A stretch of DNA of 62,744 nt from Clostridia bacterium (GCA_051866635.1 JBJDXJ010000016.1:1-62744), one strand, 5' to 3'. Counted from the first letter of the stretch, positions 1 through 10,340 are shown. Made by a program: numbers and translations. Notes: a model not told the origin generated them from the letters alone.

Positions 1-2
1 GG

Positions 3-2519
3 CAGTTTAGTGAGGTAAACATCAAATCAGGTTCAATTAAATCAGGTGATTTGGTTATAAAAGATGCCAGCGGAAAGGGTAATGACCTTAAGATGCGTAC
101 ATACGGCACAAATTATGCTGATACTGTTTCATTTTCTGATGAATCAATCGATGGAAAAAGTGGTAGTATTTTTTTAAATGGTTTAATTGGCGGCGTTGAT
201 TTTGTGACAATTGACAGTGCTCCTATCAACAAAAACAGCTTTGTAAACGGTTACACAATCGAAATTATTTACAAAATGCCTTCTGACTGGACAACAGCTG
301 ACCGTTGGACAAGTTTATTGTCACGTCTGGGCTCCACAACAGCTATCGATACGGAAAACGAAAGTGTAACAACAGTTGTTCATGTTTCAAACTGTAAGGA
401 AATTCAGTTTATCCCTGCCAACCGTTACAATCAGTCCACACTTACATCGAATGTCTGGTCTGTTGCTATGGATAAAGCAGAAAACTGGTATTCTATAGTT
501 ATTACAGGTGACAATACAGGTATACGTACATTTGTAAACGGATGCGAATCCTTCCGTGATGCAGTTACATCTTCAATGCAGGGTTTGTATGCCGACCCCA
601 ATGACGGCAGATTTCGTATAGGGGCAAGAATACTTTCTTCAGGTTTCCCCTACCGCTTCACACGCGGTTTTATTCAGGAAATCAGAATTTCCGACAAGGC
701 TTTATCCAAGGACGAATGGCTTGTCCCCAACCCAGAACAGCTCGTAGGTGATTACGGAGATAATTCCGCTTTCGAGGAAACAAAGAAGGATCGCTACAAC
801 ATGGTATTTGTTCCCGATACACAAAACGCCACAAAATTCCGTGGTGACGTTATGGACATAGCTATGGATTGGCTTATAGAAAACAAGGATTACGCAAACA
901 TTGAAACAGTAGTAAGTTTAGGTGACAACGTTGAGGACTTCTGGGAAACACCTCAGTGGGAGCAGATTTCAAAAAACTATGCCTCACTTGCAGAAAGCGG
1001 AATAAAAACAATTGTTCCTGCAGGTAACCACGACACAGATTACGGCAGAAATTACTGGTATTACAATAAATACTTCGGTCCCGGCAGTGACTTTGACAAT
1101 CTTGCTTCAGATTACATAATTTCCTATTCACCATCGGGAAGCGGTGCTGTTGCAGATATTTCAGCAGGCAGTTTCCCATATAAGCTTGTATACATTGACA
1201 TGTATCAGCTTGAATCAGGTGGGGATATGGCATGGTTGGAACAAACACTTTTAAAGTATTCCGACTGTCCCATTGTTATTGTTATGCACGATATTCAGAA
1301 CTGTTCCGACACCGCACCTAACGAAACAAAGCTTTCCGCAAAGGGTGCAATTCTTTGGAACAATGTAAAAAAATATGACAACGTATTTTTGATGGTAGGC
1401 GGACATAGTCACGGCTACGGCGTGTTAGAGCTTGAAAACGATTACGGCAACAAGGTTTACAGTGTTCTTGCAGACTATCAGTTCTCATATAACGGCGGTA
1501 ACGCACTTTGCAAATTTGCAGAATTTGACGAAAACGAAGGCAAAATTCGTATATCAACATTCTCACCCTATGCGGCAACACTTAAAGATGAAGAAAGGTC
1601 CTTCTTCGATGTTAACTTTATGACAGGTAAAGGTCATTATGACGAAATTGACATTGATTTTAAGGAGCGTTTCGGAAACTTCAAAACATACAAGGCTGTG
1701 GGCGAAAATATTATGACAAACCCCTCCTTTGAAGACGACTACGGCAACTTCAGCTTAGAAGGCTGGCTTTCCGCCAAGACAAATGAGCAGTTTGGCTCAC
1801 CTTACACCACAAACCACGGCTATGCAGTAAGTGCTACAGAAAGAATTTTTAACGGTGTCTCAACAAAAGCTTCAACAACTATTCCCGACGGCAACTGGGC
1901 ATTTGCCACCAATTGGCACGACGGAAAAGACGGACTTTGTTCCTTAAAACGCTATGTGCCCGTGGAAAGCGGTAAAACATATATCGTTTCCTATAAGGTT
2001 AAACATAAGTACGGTGCTGACGGCGGCTATCTTGTAACAAGCCTTGTTGCAAATGAAGGCGACGACGAGAATAGCGAAACCGCATCATCCGCAGGTTACA
2101 TCGGCACAGAATGGACAACAGTTACAAAAACCTTTACTGCAACAGATGATACAGACTATGTTCTCTTTTGGTTCCGTTGGTTAGGTGAAGGCGGTAACAC
2201 AGGTGACGGACCTTATTGGTACTTTGATGATTTCTCCATTTGTGAGGCCGAAGAAACGTATGTAACATATACAATGAATGCACGAGCCGAAAAGGTCGGT
2301 GAAAAAATCAACGTAACATTTGATTATAACGAAAAGGCAAACAAAAACTTTATTGTTGTAGGCTTTGATGATGAAGGCAAACTTATCAGTGTGGCATCAA
2401 CAGATGTTGGGGAAGCAACACTTGACGGCGAAGAAATTACAAAGGTTAAGGTTTTCGCATGGGATTCATTAAATGCAATAACCCCTCTTACAACCGTAAA
2501 AACAGTTACAATTGAATAA
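3..2519 (+). CDS. Multidomain, probably secreted protein: LamG-like jellyroll + calcineurin-like metallophosphoesterase + CBM4/9-like domain + C-terminal module (5'-partial)
   Basis: Frame is open from base 3 (QFSEVNIKSGS...), so the true start is probably upstream of the window. Phosphoesterase motifs PDTQ, LGDNVE, GNHD, GGHSHG. LamG-like GFIQEIRISDKALS. CBM-like NIMTNPSFE...YFDDFSI. Confidence 0.8.
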   Translation, partial: QFSEVNIKSGSIKSGDLVIKDASGKGNDLKMRTYGTNYADTVSFSDESIDGKSGSIFLNGLIGGVDFVTIDSAPINKNSFVNGYTIEIIYKMPSDWTTADRWTSLLSRLGSTTAIDTENESVTTVVHVSNCKEIQFIPANRYNQSTLTSNVWSVAMDKAENWYSIVITGDNTGIRTFVNGCESFRDAVTSSMQGLYADPNDGRFRIGARILSSGFPYRFTRGFIQEIRISDKALSKDEWLVPNPEQLVGDYGDNSAFEETKKDRYNMVFVPDTQNATKFRGDVMDIAMDWLIENKDYANIETVVSLGDNVEDFWETPQWEQISKNYASLAESGIKTIVPAGNHDTDYGRNYWYYNKYFGPGSDFDNLASDYIISYSPSGSGAVADISAGSFPYKLVYIDMYQLESGGDMAWLEQTLLKYSDCPIVIVMHDIQNCSDTAPNETKLSAKGAILWNNVKKYDNVFLMVGGHSHGYGVLELENDYGNKVYSVLADYQFSYNGGNALCKFAEFDENEGKIRISTFSPYAATLKDEERSFFDVNFMTGKGHYDEIDIDFKERFGNFKTYKAVGENIMTNPSFEDDYGNFSLEGWLSAKTNEQFGSPYTTNHGYAVSATERIFNGVSTKASTTIPDGNWAFATNWHDGKDGLCSLKRYVPVESGKTYIVSYKVKHKYGADGGYLVTSLVANEGDDENSETASSAGYIGTEWTTVTKTFTATDDTDYVLFWFRWLGEGGNTGDGPYWYFDDFSICEAEETYVTYTMNARAEKVGEKINVTFDYNEKANKNFIVVGFDDEGKLISVASTDVGEATLDGEEITKVKVFAWDSLNAITPLTTVKTVTIE

Positions 2520-2525
2520 CCAAAT

Positions 2526-2686
2526 GGGCTGTAAAAAAAGTGGCTCTGAGATAACGAAAAGACCATTTCGGGACTGTCATAACAAAACCTCTCAAGGTTT
2601 CTTTGGCAAATTGTCTCCCAATTTGCATAAGGGGGACTGTCCCAAATGGTCTTAACTTTATTTCTTTATATACTTTTTTACAGCTT
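2526..2686. repeat. ~160 bp structured dispersed repeat (MITE/REP-like), copy 1
   Basis: Near-identical to 13897-14054. Ends GGGCTGTAAAA...TTTTACAGC. Nested internal inverted repeats. Lies between convergent stop codons. Confidence 0.9.
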
Positions 2687-2695
2687 CTTTTTAAT

Positions 2696-3820
2696 TTATA
2701 CAGTCCAGATTTTCAATATTTTTCTGTACATGGAAACAAACCCGATTTTCCCTACATCCTTCTCAGCAACAATATCCTTTACCATAGGTTCACCACCAGC
2801 TACACGGATTGTTACCTGACCTAATATATCGCCCTTTAAAACAGGTGCCGCCACGCTTTCACAAAGAGTAATATCCTTTTGTATGTCATTTTGGTTAAGC
2901 TTACTTACAACCGTCATACAGTTATCTGAAAGCACGCCTTTTACTTTTTCTCTATCCCCTTTTAAAACCGGAACCTCGCCTATCAGATAGCCCTTTTCCA
3001 TTCCTGTAACCGTAAAATTATTGAACCCGTAATTTAAAAGGGTTGATGCCGCATTAAATCGTAATTGTGATGTGTCGCTTCCTAAAACTACGGCACAAAG
3101 TTGCATATTGTCACGCTTTGCGGTGGCTGAGATACAGTTCTTTGCTATACTTGTAGATCCTGTTTTAAGTCCGTTTGCCCCTGCATAAAACTTCACCAGT
3201 TTATTTGTGTTTGCAAGCTGGAATTTTCCGTTACGCAGAGAGTCCATCCATATAGTAGTATAACGGAATATATCCTCATGTTTTAAAAGTTCACAGCTCA
3301 TAATTGCAATATCCCTTGCGGAGGAATAATGTCCGTCGGCATCAAGTCCGTTACAGGTGACAAAATTCGTATTATTCATGCCAAGCTCTTTTGCACGGTT
3401 ATTCATTACAGAAACAAACTGTTCTACACTGCCCGATAAATGCTCTGCAACCGCAACACAGGCATCGTTACCTGATGCAACGGCTATGCCCTTTAACAAA
3501 TCATGAATACTCATTTCCTCGCCTGTATCAAGGAAAATTGTGCTTCCGCCCATACTTTTGGCACGCTCTGAGGCAGTGACTATTGTATCGTATGTAATTT
3601 CGCCTCGGTCAATTGCCTCCATTACAAGAAGCATTGTCATAACTTTTGTCACAGATGCAGGCGGAAGCTTTTCGTCTGCATTTTCCTCGTACAACACCTT
3701 TCCTGTGGAACATTCCACAAGAATAAAGCTTTTCCCGTTAAGGTTCAATTCCTCTGCCCTTGCATCAATAATGGAAAAAATAAGCACCACTGCTAAGAGT
3801 GATGCTAACACTTTACGCAT
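2696..3820 (-). CDS. dacF: D-alanyl-D-alanine carboxypeptidase (peptidase S11, DacF-like)
   Basis: Signal peptide; PPASVTK (SxxK), SGN and KTG motifs; DSLRNGKFQLANTNKL segment typical of DacF. Confidence 0.85.
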   Translation of the reverse strand: MRKVLASLLAVVLIFSIIDARAEELNLNGKSFILVECSTGKVLYEENADEKLPPASVTKVMTMLLVMEAIDRGEITYDTIVTASERAKSMGGSTIFLDTGEEMSIHDLLKGIAVASGNDACVAVAEHLSGSVEQFVSVMNNRAKELGMNNTNFVTCNGLDADGHYSSARDIAIMSCELLKHEDIFRYTTIWMDSLRNGKFQLANTNKLVKFYAGANGLKTGSTSIAKNCISATAKRDNMQLCAVVLGSDTSQLRFNAASTLLNYGFNNFTVTGMEKGYLIGEVPVLKGDREKVKGVLSDNCMTVVSKLNQNDIQKDITLCESVAAPVLKGDILGQVTIRVAGGEPMVKDIVAEKDVGKIGFVSMYRKILKIWTV

Positions 3821-3864
3821 ATAACTACCCCCTTGTAGTATATGCTTATTATCATTTTTTAAAT

Positions 3865-5103
3865 TTATTCCTTTTCCACTGCTTCAATTTCCAATGGTTT
3901 ATCCGATTCATATGCCTCAAGGTCAAGAGGAAGGTTTTTCTCTTGAAGCCTTCTGTCCAAAAACTCAGTTAAAAGCCCCAGCACCGTAGCAAATACAGGC
4001 ACACCTAAAATCATGCCTGCAACGCCGAACAAGCCCGCAGAAACAAGGATTGCCACAATTACAGCAAAGCTGTCAAGACCTGTTCTGTCACCTAAAATCT
4101 TAGGACCGATGATATTTCCGTCAACCTGCTGTATTGCCAATATAAGTATTACAAACACAAGAGCCTTTGGAGGATTAACCAATAAAACAAGAATTGCAGA
4201 AGGTATTGCACCGATAAAGGGACCAAAAAAGGGGATAATATTTGTAACGCCAACAATTACGCTTACAAGAAGTGCATAAGGTATACCGGCAATAGAAAAT
4301 ATCAGAAAGCTCAATACCCCTATAATAACACTGTCCAAAATTTTGCCTGCCAAAAATCCGCCAAAGCGGTCATCAGTATATTTTACCACATATAAAACTC
4401 TTTCTGCCCATTTTTTGTTAAATAAAGCATATATATACTTTTTCGCACCGTTTTTATATTTCTCCTTGGAGCCTAAAACATATATCGTAACAATGACACC
4501 GATTACAACATCAAGTATAGTGTTAAAGGTTTCGTATATTCCTGCGGAAAGGCTTGTAATAAACTGGTTTGCACCTGGAAGAAGTTTGTTTTTTCCCCAC
4601 CGTACAAGTTCCTCTGATACATCCTCTAAATATTCCATTACAGGATTTACAACATCAGGATTATTTTCCGCAAGTTTGGTTAAATAATCAATAGCGTTTT
4701 CCACGTAACCCGGAAAGCTTGTGACAAGCCTTTGAATATTAACATACAATTCAGGAACGATAAGTACAATAAGTCCCGTAACAATTGCAAATGCCGTAAC
4801 AATGGAAAGAATAATACCTGACATGCGTGTAATCTTTGCCCTTAACTTTTCATTCTTTTTAAAAATCAATCTGTAAAGAGGCGAAAAAATATATTTTTCA
4901 TATATTTTCAAAAGTGGGTTTAATACATAGGCAAGAATAAGACCTATAATAACAGGTCTTAATGCACCTATTATTACCTTAACCACCTTTGCCACATGTC
5001 CCCACTGGGATAAAAGGTGGTTAGTGGCTATTGCAATTGCAATAACTGCCAGTGCGGTAATGCCCCAATAGAGGTATTTTGTGTCGTATTTAAACTTTTT
5101 CAT
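3865..5103 (-). CDS. AI-2E family transporter
   Basis: Multiple hydrophobic helices; NIIPFFGPFIG and QQVDGNIIGPKILG motifs. Confidence 0.9.
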   Translation of the reverse strand: MKKFKYDTKYLYWGITALAVIAIAIATNHLLSQWGHVAKVVKVIIGALRPVIIGLILAYVLNPLLKIYEKYIFSPLYRLIFKKNEKLRAKITRMSGIILSIVTAFAIVTGLIVLIVPELYVNIQRLVTSFPGYVENAIDYLTKLAENNPDVVNPVMEYLEDVSEELVRWGKNKLLPGANQFITSLSAGIYETFNTILDVVIGVIVTIYVLGSKEKYKNGAKKYIYALFNKKWAERVLYVVKYTDDRFGGFLAGKILDSVIIGVLSFLIFSIAGIPYALLVSVIVGVTNIIPFFGPFIGAIPSAILVLLVNPPKALVFVILILAIQQVDGNIIGPKILGDRTGLDSFAVIVAILVSAGLFGVAGMILGVPVFATVLGLLTEFLDRRLQEKNLPLDLEAYESDKPLEIEAVEKE

Positions 5104-6326
5104 TAAGATTCCTCTTTCCTTTTTCTGAGCATTGAATCAACTTCTGTAGGTTCATTAAGTTTAATATACATAGTTGCCGCCGCATGGTTGGCGACAGTAA
5201 CATCATTTCCGTCTTCATCCTGTAAAAACTCTACAATCTGGGTGTAACAGGGCTTTTTCGGACGCATAACTTCAATTTCGTCCCCCTTGAAGAAACGGTT
5301 TCTCTGTTCAATTTTTGCAATACCCGTCTTTTCATCGTATTCCCGTACAACACCTATTATATCATAATCACGGATATAAGAGTTAGACCCAAAAACCTGA
5401 GCACCTGTATCGGGCATACCGTAGAAAAATCCCGTATAATAGTCTCGGTGGCTCACCTTACATATTTCTTCAAAGTGTGCACCGGCACTTTCCTTGCCTG
5501 CATAATAATCGTCGATAGCTCTCCTGTAGGCACCGATTACCGTTGCAACGTAATACTCGGTTTTCACCCTGCCTTCAATCTTCAAGGAATAAACACCGCT
5601 TTCAACCAAATCCTTTATATGGTCAATCATGCACAAATCCTTAGAATTCATTATAAATGTACCACGCTCATTTTCATATACGGGGAAATACTCTCCCGGG
5701 CGTTTTTCTTCCATAAGGGCGTAATTCCATCTGCAAGGATGTGCACAGGCACCACGGTTTGAATCACGGTGCGTCATATAATTACTCAGCAGGCACCTTC
5801 CCGAATATGAAATACACATTGCACCGTGAACAAAAGCTTCCAGTTCGCAGTCTTTGGGAATGTTTTCCCTTATTTCACGAATTTCATTCATACTCATTTC
5901 ACGTGCCAATACAACACGCTTTGCGCCTAAGTTATACCACGCCTTAACAGTTTCATAGTTTGTGTTATTTGCCTGTGTACTTACGTGTATTTCTAAATCA
6001 GGGGCAACTTCACGGCAAATCATAAACGCACCTAAGTCGGATATAATAACAGCGTCTGCACCCATTTCATATATTTCTTTGAAATATTCCCTCATTTTCG
6101 GTAAATCGTGATTTCTTGCAATAATATTTGCGGTAATGTACACCTTACAATTATGACTGTGGGCATATTCAATACCTTCAATCATTTCTTCCCTTGTAAA
6201 GTTATCTGCCGCAACACGAAGGGAAAATGCTTCACCGCCTATGTAAATGGCATCTGCTCCGTATTTAACAGCAATTTTCAGCTTATACAAATTCCCCGCC
6301 GGGGCTAAAAGTTCACATTTAGGCAT
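5103..6326 (-). CDS. U32 family peptidase-like protein (TrhP-type tRNA hydroxylation)
   Basis: ELLAPAG, HGAMCISYSGRC, CAHPCR and SLKIEGR motifs; adjacent to the O-methyltransferase as in the B. subtilis yrrM-yrrNO arrangement. Confidence 0.9.
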   Translation of the reverse strand: MPKCELLAPAGNLYKLKIAVKYGADAIYIGGEAFSLRVAADNFTREEMIEGIEYAHSHNCKVYITANIIARNHDLPKMREYFKEIYEMGADAVIISDLGAFMICREVAPDLEIHVSTQANNTNYETVKAWYNLGAKRVVLAREMSMNEIREIRENIPKDCELEAFVHGAMCISYSGRCLLSNYMTHRDSNRGACAHPCRWNYALMEEKRPGEYFPVYENERGTFIMNSKDLCMIDHIKDLVESGVYSLKIEGRVKTEYYVATVIGAYRRAIDDYYAGKESAGAHFEEICKVSHRDYYTGFFYGMPDTGAQVFGSNSYIRDYDIIGVVREYDEKTGIAKIEQRNRFFKGDEIEVMRPKKPCYTQIVEFLQDEDGNDVTVANHAAATMYIKLNEPTEVDSMLRKRKEES

Positions 6327-6355
6327 AATTCATTCCCTTTCATTCGTTCAAGTAA

Positions 6356-6994
6356 TTAACATTTTTTATATGATATAGCCATACCCTCACCGCTTTCAAT
6401 TACCGTAGTTTCCAATTGAGGGTGGTTATTTATAACTTCAAGATATTTTCTGAGTCTTTGTACAATGGTGTACTTTCTGTGTCTGGTGGTGGCGTTTTCT
6501 TCTTCGTTTGGGTCATTGTATAACACATCATCCGTCACAAGGACACCGCCCACATTTAAAAGCTCTATAACTCTTGGCAAAAACTCTATGTATTGCCCTT
6601 TCGCTCCGTCCATGAAAACCATGTCAAAGCCTTCGTCCAGCCAGTTTATTGTGTCACATGCTTCACCCTTTACAACGCGGATTTTCTTTTCAAACCCTGC
6701 GTTAAAAATATTGTTTATGGCAATATCCGCCACTTTTTCATAACGCTCAATTGTTATAATCTCCGTGTCATTGGGCGTATTTTTCGCCATAAGTATGGCA
6801 GAATATCCGATTGCCGTACCGATTTCAAGAATTCGTTTAGGCTTTGTTATGTGTAAAAGCGTTTTTAAAAATTGTGCGGAGTCAGGCGGCACAATGGGGG
6901 CATAGGTTTCAGTATTTTCAGCTACTTTTCGCATTGACTTTAAAGGTTCATCTTCCTCGGGTATTAAACTTATAAGATATTCCCTTTTCTCCAT
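6356..6994 (-). CDS. trmR: O-methyltransferase (tRNA 5-hydroxyuridine methyltransferase-like)
   Basis: ILEIGTAIGYSA SAM-binding motif, FDMVFMDGAKGQY; synteny with the U32 gene. Confidence 0.75.
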   Translation of the reverse strand: MEKREYLISLIPEEDEPLKSMRKVAENTETYAPIVPPDSAQFLKTLLHITKPKRILEIGTAIGYSAILMAKNTPNDTEIITIERYEKVADIAINNIFNAGFEKKIRVVKGEACDTINWLDEGFDMVFMDGAKGQYIEFLPRVIELLNVGGVLVTDDVLYNDPNEEENATTRHRKYTIVQRLRKYLEVINNHPQLETTVIESGEGMAISYKKC

Positions 6995-7500
6995 ACCTTG
7001 TCCTCCGTAATAATTACATCCATTTTAACATCGTGCTTTTCAAATGGGATTTTGTCAAGCATTTGAAAAGAATGACACACACCTATCTTAAAGCAGTCCA
7101 GTCCTTCCAAAAACCTGTCATAATACCCTTTGCCAAAACCCATACGGTTAAATTTTCTGTCAAATGCCACACCCGGCACTATTACAACATCAATTTTTTC
7201 TTTGTCAAATCTTTTCTTTTCCTTTGGCACAGGCACATTGAAACTGCCTTTTTCCATTTCACCTATCAAAGAGGCATACATTTCCTCCACTTCTGTCACA
7301 GGCACAAGAAAAACTTTATCTTCATCTAAAATACCCGTTACATCCGCTTCGCCTTTTATCGGCATATAAAGCATTACTGCATTTGCCTTTTTAAATTCAG
7401 GTAATGCTTTTATATTTTCCGTGAATTTTTCGCCGTTTTTTATGTTTAACTCTTTTCTCTTTTCAATCATTTCACGGCGTAACTGCTCTTTATAGTTCAT
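6970..7500 (-). CDS. 5-formyltetrahydrofolate cyclo-ligase
   Basis: KEQLRREM N-terminus; VPGVAFD...RMGFGKGYYDR; HDVKMD. Confidence 0.93.
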   Translation of the reverse strand: MNYKEQLRREMIEKRKELNIKNGEKFTENIKALPEFKKANAVMLYMPIKGEADVTGILDEDKVFLVPVTEVEEMYASLIGEMEKGSFNVPVPKEKKRFDKEKIDVVIVPGVAFDRKFNRMGFGKGYYDRFLEGLDCFKIGVCHSFQMLDKIPFEKHDVKMDVIITEDKVWRKGNIL

Positions 7501-8029
7501 ATTGCATACTCTTTCTTATTTCTTTTGCCTTTTCTTTATCAACGCATGAAAGAAGTTCAAATCCGAAATGGAAAGCACCGCCTGCACCACAGGAGGTTAC
7601 AACGTTTCCGTCACGGACAGAATGTTCACGTACAACTTTGGCTTCCTCAAGGTATTCTTCAAATCCGGGGAAACAAGTTGCCTTTTTGCCCTTTAAAATG
7701 CCCAATTTCCCTAAAACCATAGGTGCGGCACAAATGGCACCGATAATTTTACCGCTGTTGTACCCTTTGAGTATAATTTCCTTTACTTTCTCGTTTTCGT
7801 CAAGGTTTGTTGTGCCGGGCATACCGCCGGGGAGGATAAACATTTCGCCATTTTCTTCATTTACCTCATCTATTGTCACATCGCTTTTAACGACCATATT
7901 GTGGGCACCTTTAACATATTCACCTGTTACGCCAACTGTTGTGACGGATAAACCGCCACGCTTTAATATATCCCAAGGCACAATCATTTCTGTTTCTTCA
8001 AATCCGTCTGCCAAAAAAATGTATACCAT
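7490..8029 (-). CDS. DJ-1/PfpI family protein (YajL/ThiJ-like)
   Basis: LADGFEETE, LPGGMPG, AICAAP with catalytic Cys. Confidence 0.93.
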   Translation of the reverse strand: MVYIFLADGFEETEMIVPWDILKRGGLSVTTVGVTGEYVKGAHNMVVKSDVTIDEVNEENGEMFILPGGMPGTTNLDENEKVKEIILKGYNSGKIIGAICAAPMVLGKLGILKGKKATCFPGFEEYLEEAKVVREHSVRDGNVVTSCGAGGAFHFGFELLSCVDKEKAKEIRKSMQYEL

Positions 8030-8040
8030 AACAAAGCCTC

Positions 8041-8904
8041 CTATATTCTTTTGCCCTGATATTTAAGTGTTTTAAATATTGGGCAGTAGCTTTCCTTTGC
8101 CTTTTTCAGGCCTTCTAAGCCCATATCCTCCTCACGGTTAACAAAGGTTGTATCACTCCATTCATTTGATAAAAAGAGCTTACAAATCATAGGGTACGCC
8201 CCTCTTATATCTTCCCGTGCCTTTTCAACCTGTATAAGTACAGTATCATCTGTCAGCCTTTCACCAAAGGTCATTGCAACAATTTCACCGTCAATGCGGA
8301 TAACACCGCCTGTAATATTAAACAGTTTGTAATTGTCAAAAACCTTTTCCATTGCATCATGCTCAATAGGGTTAAGGTTTTTTGTCTTTTCGTCAACCCA
8401 ATGTAAAAGAAGGGGCTTACATTCATTTATTGCCACATCATACGTAACGGTTTCATAAGTGTATGCATATGTTTTTTCAAAATAGTTCACGTGGTTTTTC
8501 TTGCCGTGGAGCTTTTTGCCCGAAAGATTTATCATCCTTTCGGTTTCGTAAACATAATCGCACAAATCCTCACGCAGTTCAAACGAAAATTCGTTGGGGA
8601 AGTTTTTTTCTATAAAATCCTTCTGTTTGTCGGTTATAAATCTTAATTTTACCTTTTCTTCTTCACCAATTACCTTTTTAACTGCCTTTTTTAAATCGCC
8701 CTCACCCATGGGGAAAAGGTACTGATTTTCACCGTTAATGGTAAAGCGTATGAAAAGAAAACCCTCCTCCTCGCATAAATGAAGATTGTAGTATTCGTCC
8801 CACAAATATAAGGTTACAAAGCTGTTTTCCGAATAACGGCTTTCCCTGTTTTTATATTTATCAAAAAGTTCCTTATCCAACGGAACAACCTTTCTGAAAT
8901 TCAT
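8041..8904 (-). CDS. DUF2156 / phosphatidylglycerol lysyltransferase-domain (GNAT-like) protein
   Basis: DYVY..LSGKKLHGKKNHVN, VEKA and NREEDMGLEGLKKAKESY motifs. Confidence 0.85.
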   Translation of the reverse strand: MNFRKVVPLDKELFDKYKNRESRYSENSFVTLYLWDEYYNLHLCEEEGFLFIRFTINGENQYLFPMGEGDLKKAVKKVIGEEEKVKLRFITDKQKDFIEKNFPNEFSFELREDLCDYVYETERMINLSGKKLHGKKNHVNYFEKTYAYTYETVTYDVAINECKPLLLHWVDEKTKNLNPIEHDAMEKVFDNYKLFNITGGVIRIDGEIVAMTFGERLTDDTVLIQVEKAREDIRGAYPMICKLFLSNEWSDTTFVNREEDMGLEGLKKAKESYCPIFKTLKYQGKRI

Positions 8905-8907
8905 AAA

Positions 8908-9573
8908 TTATAAAATCTCCTTAACCACCTTTAATATCTCGGCGGAAATATCTTCAATCGTTCGTAAATTACCCGAGGGTGCACAGTCAATTCTGTGCCA
9001 AGACTGGTTTTTTGCCACAAAATGAGCATTGTCATAGCTTTCCTTCAGATAATTAAGGTCGCTTTCGTGAATGTCCTTAACATCTTCCCCCGTTATTTTG
9101 TTCTTTCTCTCCATATTCAATCTGGCGGAGATTTCCGGAGGCATGTCCAAAAATATTACTGCATCAGGCTTGGGAAGTCCCATTTTTTCATATTCAAAAT
9201 CATAGAGCCATTTTATATACTCTATCTTTTCATCATCACTTTTCATTTTTGAAGCCTGATGAACCATATTGCTTGTAACGTACCTGTCTGCAATAACAAC
9301 GCCGTCCTTTAAATATTCACCCCATTTTGTTTTGTAGGAGGCAAATCTGTCAACGGCAAAAAAGGCAGAGGCAGTATATGGGTTTACATCATAGGCACTT
9401 TTGCCAAAGTCACCTCTTAAATACATTTTTACCAAAGCAGATGATTCTGAATCGTAATCGGGAAAAGAAATCCTTTTAACCTGTCTTCCCTCCTCCAAGA
9501 GAGAATTATACAAATTTAAAGTCTGGGTTTCCTTGCCGCTGCAATCAACACCTTCTATAACTATAAGTGGCAT
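8908..9573 (-). CDS. tmk: Thymidylate kinase
   Basis: IEGVDCSGKETQ P-loop, ADRY, DIHE; adjacent to thyX. Confidence 0.85.
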   Translation of the reverse strand: MPLIVIEGVDCSGKETQTLNLYNSLLEEGRQVKRISFPDYDSESSALVKMYLRGDFGKSAYDVNPYTASAFFAVDRFASYKTKWGEYLKDGVVIADRYVTSNMVHQASKMKSDDEKIEYIKWLYDFEYEKMGLPKPDAVIFLDMPPEISARLNMERKNKITGEDVKDIHESDLNYLKESYDNAHFVAKNQSWHRIDCAPSGNLRTIEDISAEILKVVKEIL

Positions 9574-9584
9574 ATAAACACTCC

Positions 9585-10340
9585 CTAACCAAGATAAATT
9601 TCACGTTTTTCTTTAGCCTTGCCACAGCTCATCTTTCCTTCAGGACAAGCTCCCGAAAGGCAAGGGGGACCTGCCTTTTTGAAAAGATTAGGTGCAACAC
9701 CCTTTACAAGTTTTAACATTTCGTCCGCAAGGGCACGTATTTCCCACTGTGCTCTTTCGCAGCATCGGTGTGCAAAGAAGTTTTTAAGGCTTCTTACGTT
9801 CATTGTTACAACCATTTTTGTTTCGCATGCATTGGGAAGCACAAAACGGGCATCTTCGATTGCCTTTTTCTTTGCGGCTGTTTTTGCCGCCTTTTCATCC
9901 ATCCCCTTTCTAATCATTTCATCATAATGCTTTTTTGAAAGGATTTCGGTTATACGGTTATAATCCTCCATATCCCTTTCCATGGCTTTTAAAAATATTT
10001 CTTTTGCTTCTATATCATTTTCCACTTCAGGGGGCATAATATATTCAAACATTGCCTCTGAAACATATCTTTGGCTTTTTACAGAGTAGCTTGCAATTCT
10101 GTGGCGTGTGATCTGTGCAAGAAGTGAACGGCTTACACCTTCAATTGCAAAAGTGAATGTAACATGCTCTGTGGGGCTGTCGTGGCCAAGACCTGACAGC
10201 ATATCCAAAAAGCTCTCCACCTTTTCGTCTGTCAAATTGTCCATAATATCTGTTGCAGGGGACGAAGAATAACAAAGCTTTGCCGCCGCCGCTACAACAC
10301 GCTCCGGGTCAGGTGTATGTGCAATAAGTTCTACTTTCAT
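9585..10340 (-). CDS. thyX: FAD-dependent thymidylate synthase
   Basis: [13 protein letters not shown] ThyX motif, [14 protein letters not shown]. Confidence 0.96.
   Translation of the reverse strand: MKVELIAHTPDPERVVAAAAKLCYSSSPATDIMDNLTDEKVESFLDMLSGLGHDSPTEHVTFTFAIEGVSRSLLAQITRHRIASYSVKSQRYVSEAMFEYIMPPEVENDIEAKEIFLKAMERDMEDYNRITEILSKKHYDEMIRKGMDEKAAKTAAKKKAIEDARFVLPNACETKMVVTMNVRSLKNFFAHRCCERAQWEIRALADEMLKLVKGVAPNLFKKAGPPCLSGACPEGKMSCGKAKEKREIYLG

Noticed and set aside
2603-2824. ORFs 2603-2824 and 13974-14678, both starting MANCLPIC
   Set aside because: The shared start comes from the non-coding repeat. The ORFs run antisense into real genes and have no RBS.
9585-10340. thyX/tmk as phage DNA-modification genes
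   Set aside because: They are embedded in a housekeeping operon with no phage or mobility genes nearby.
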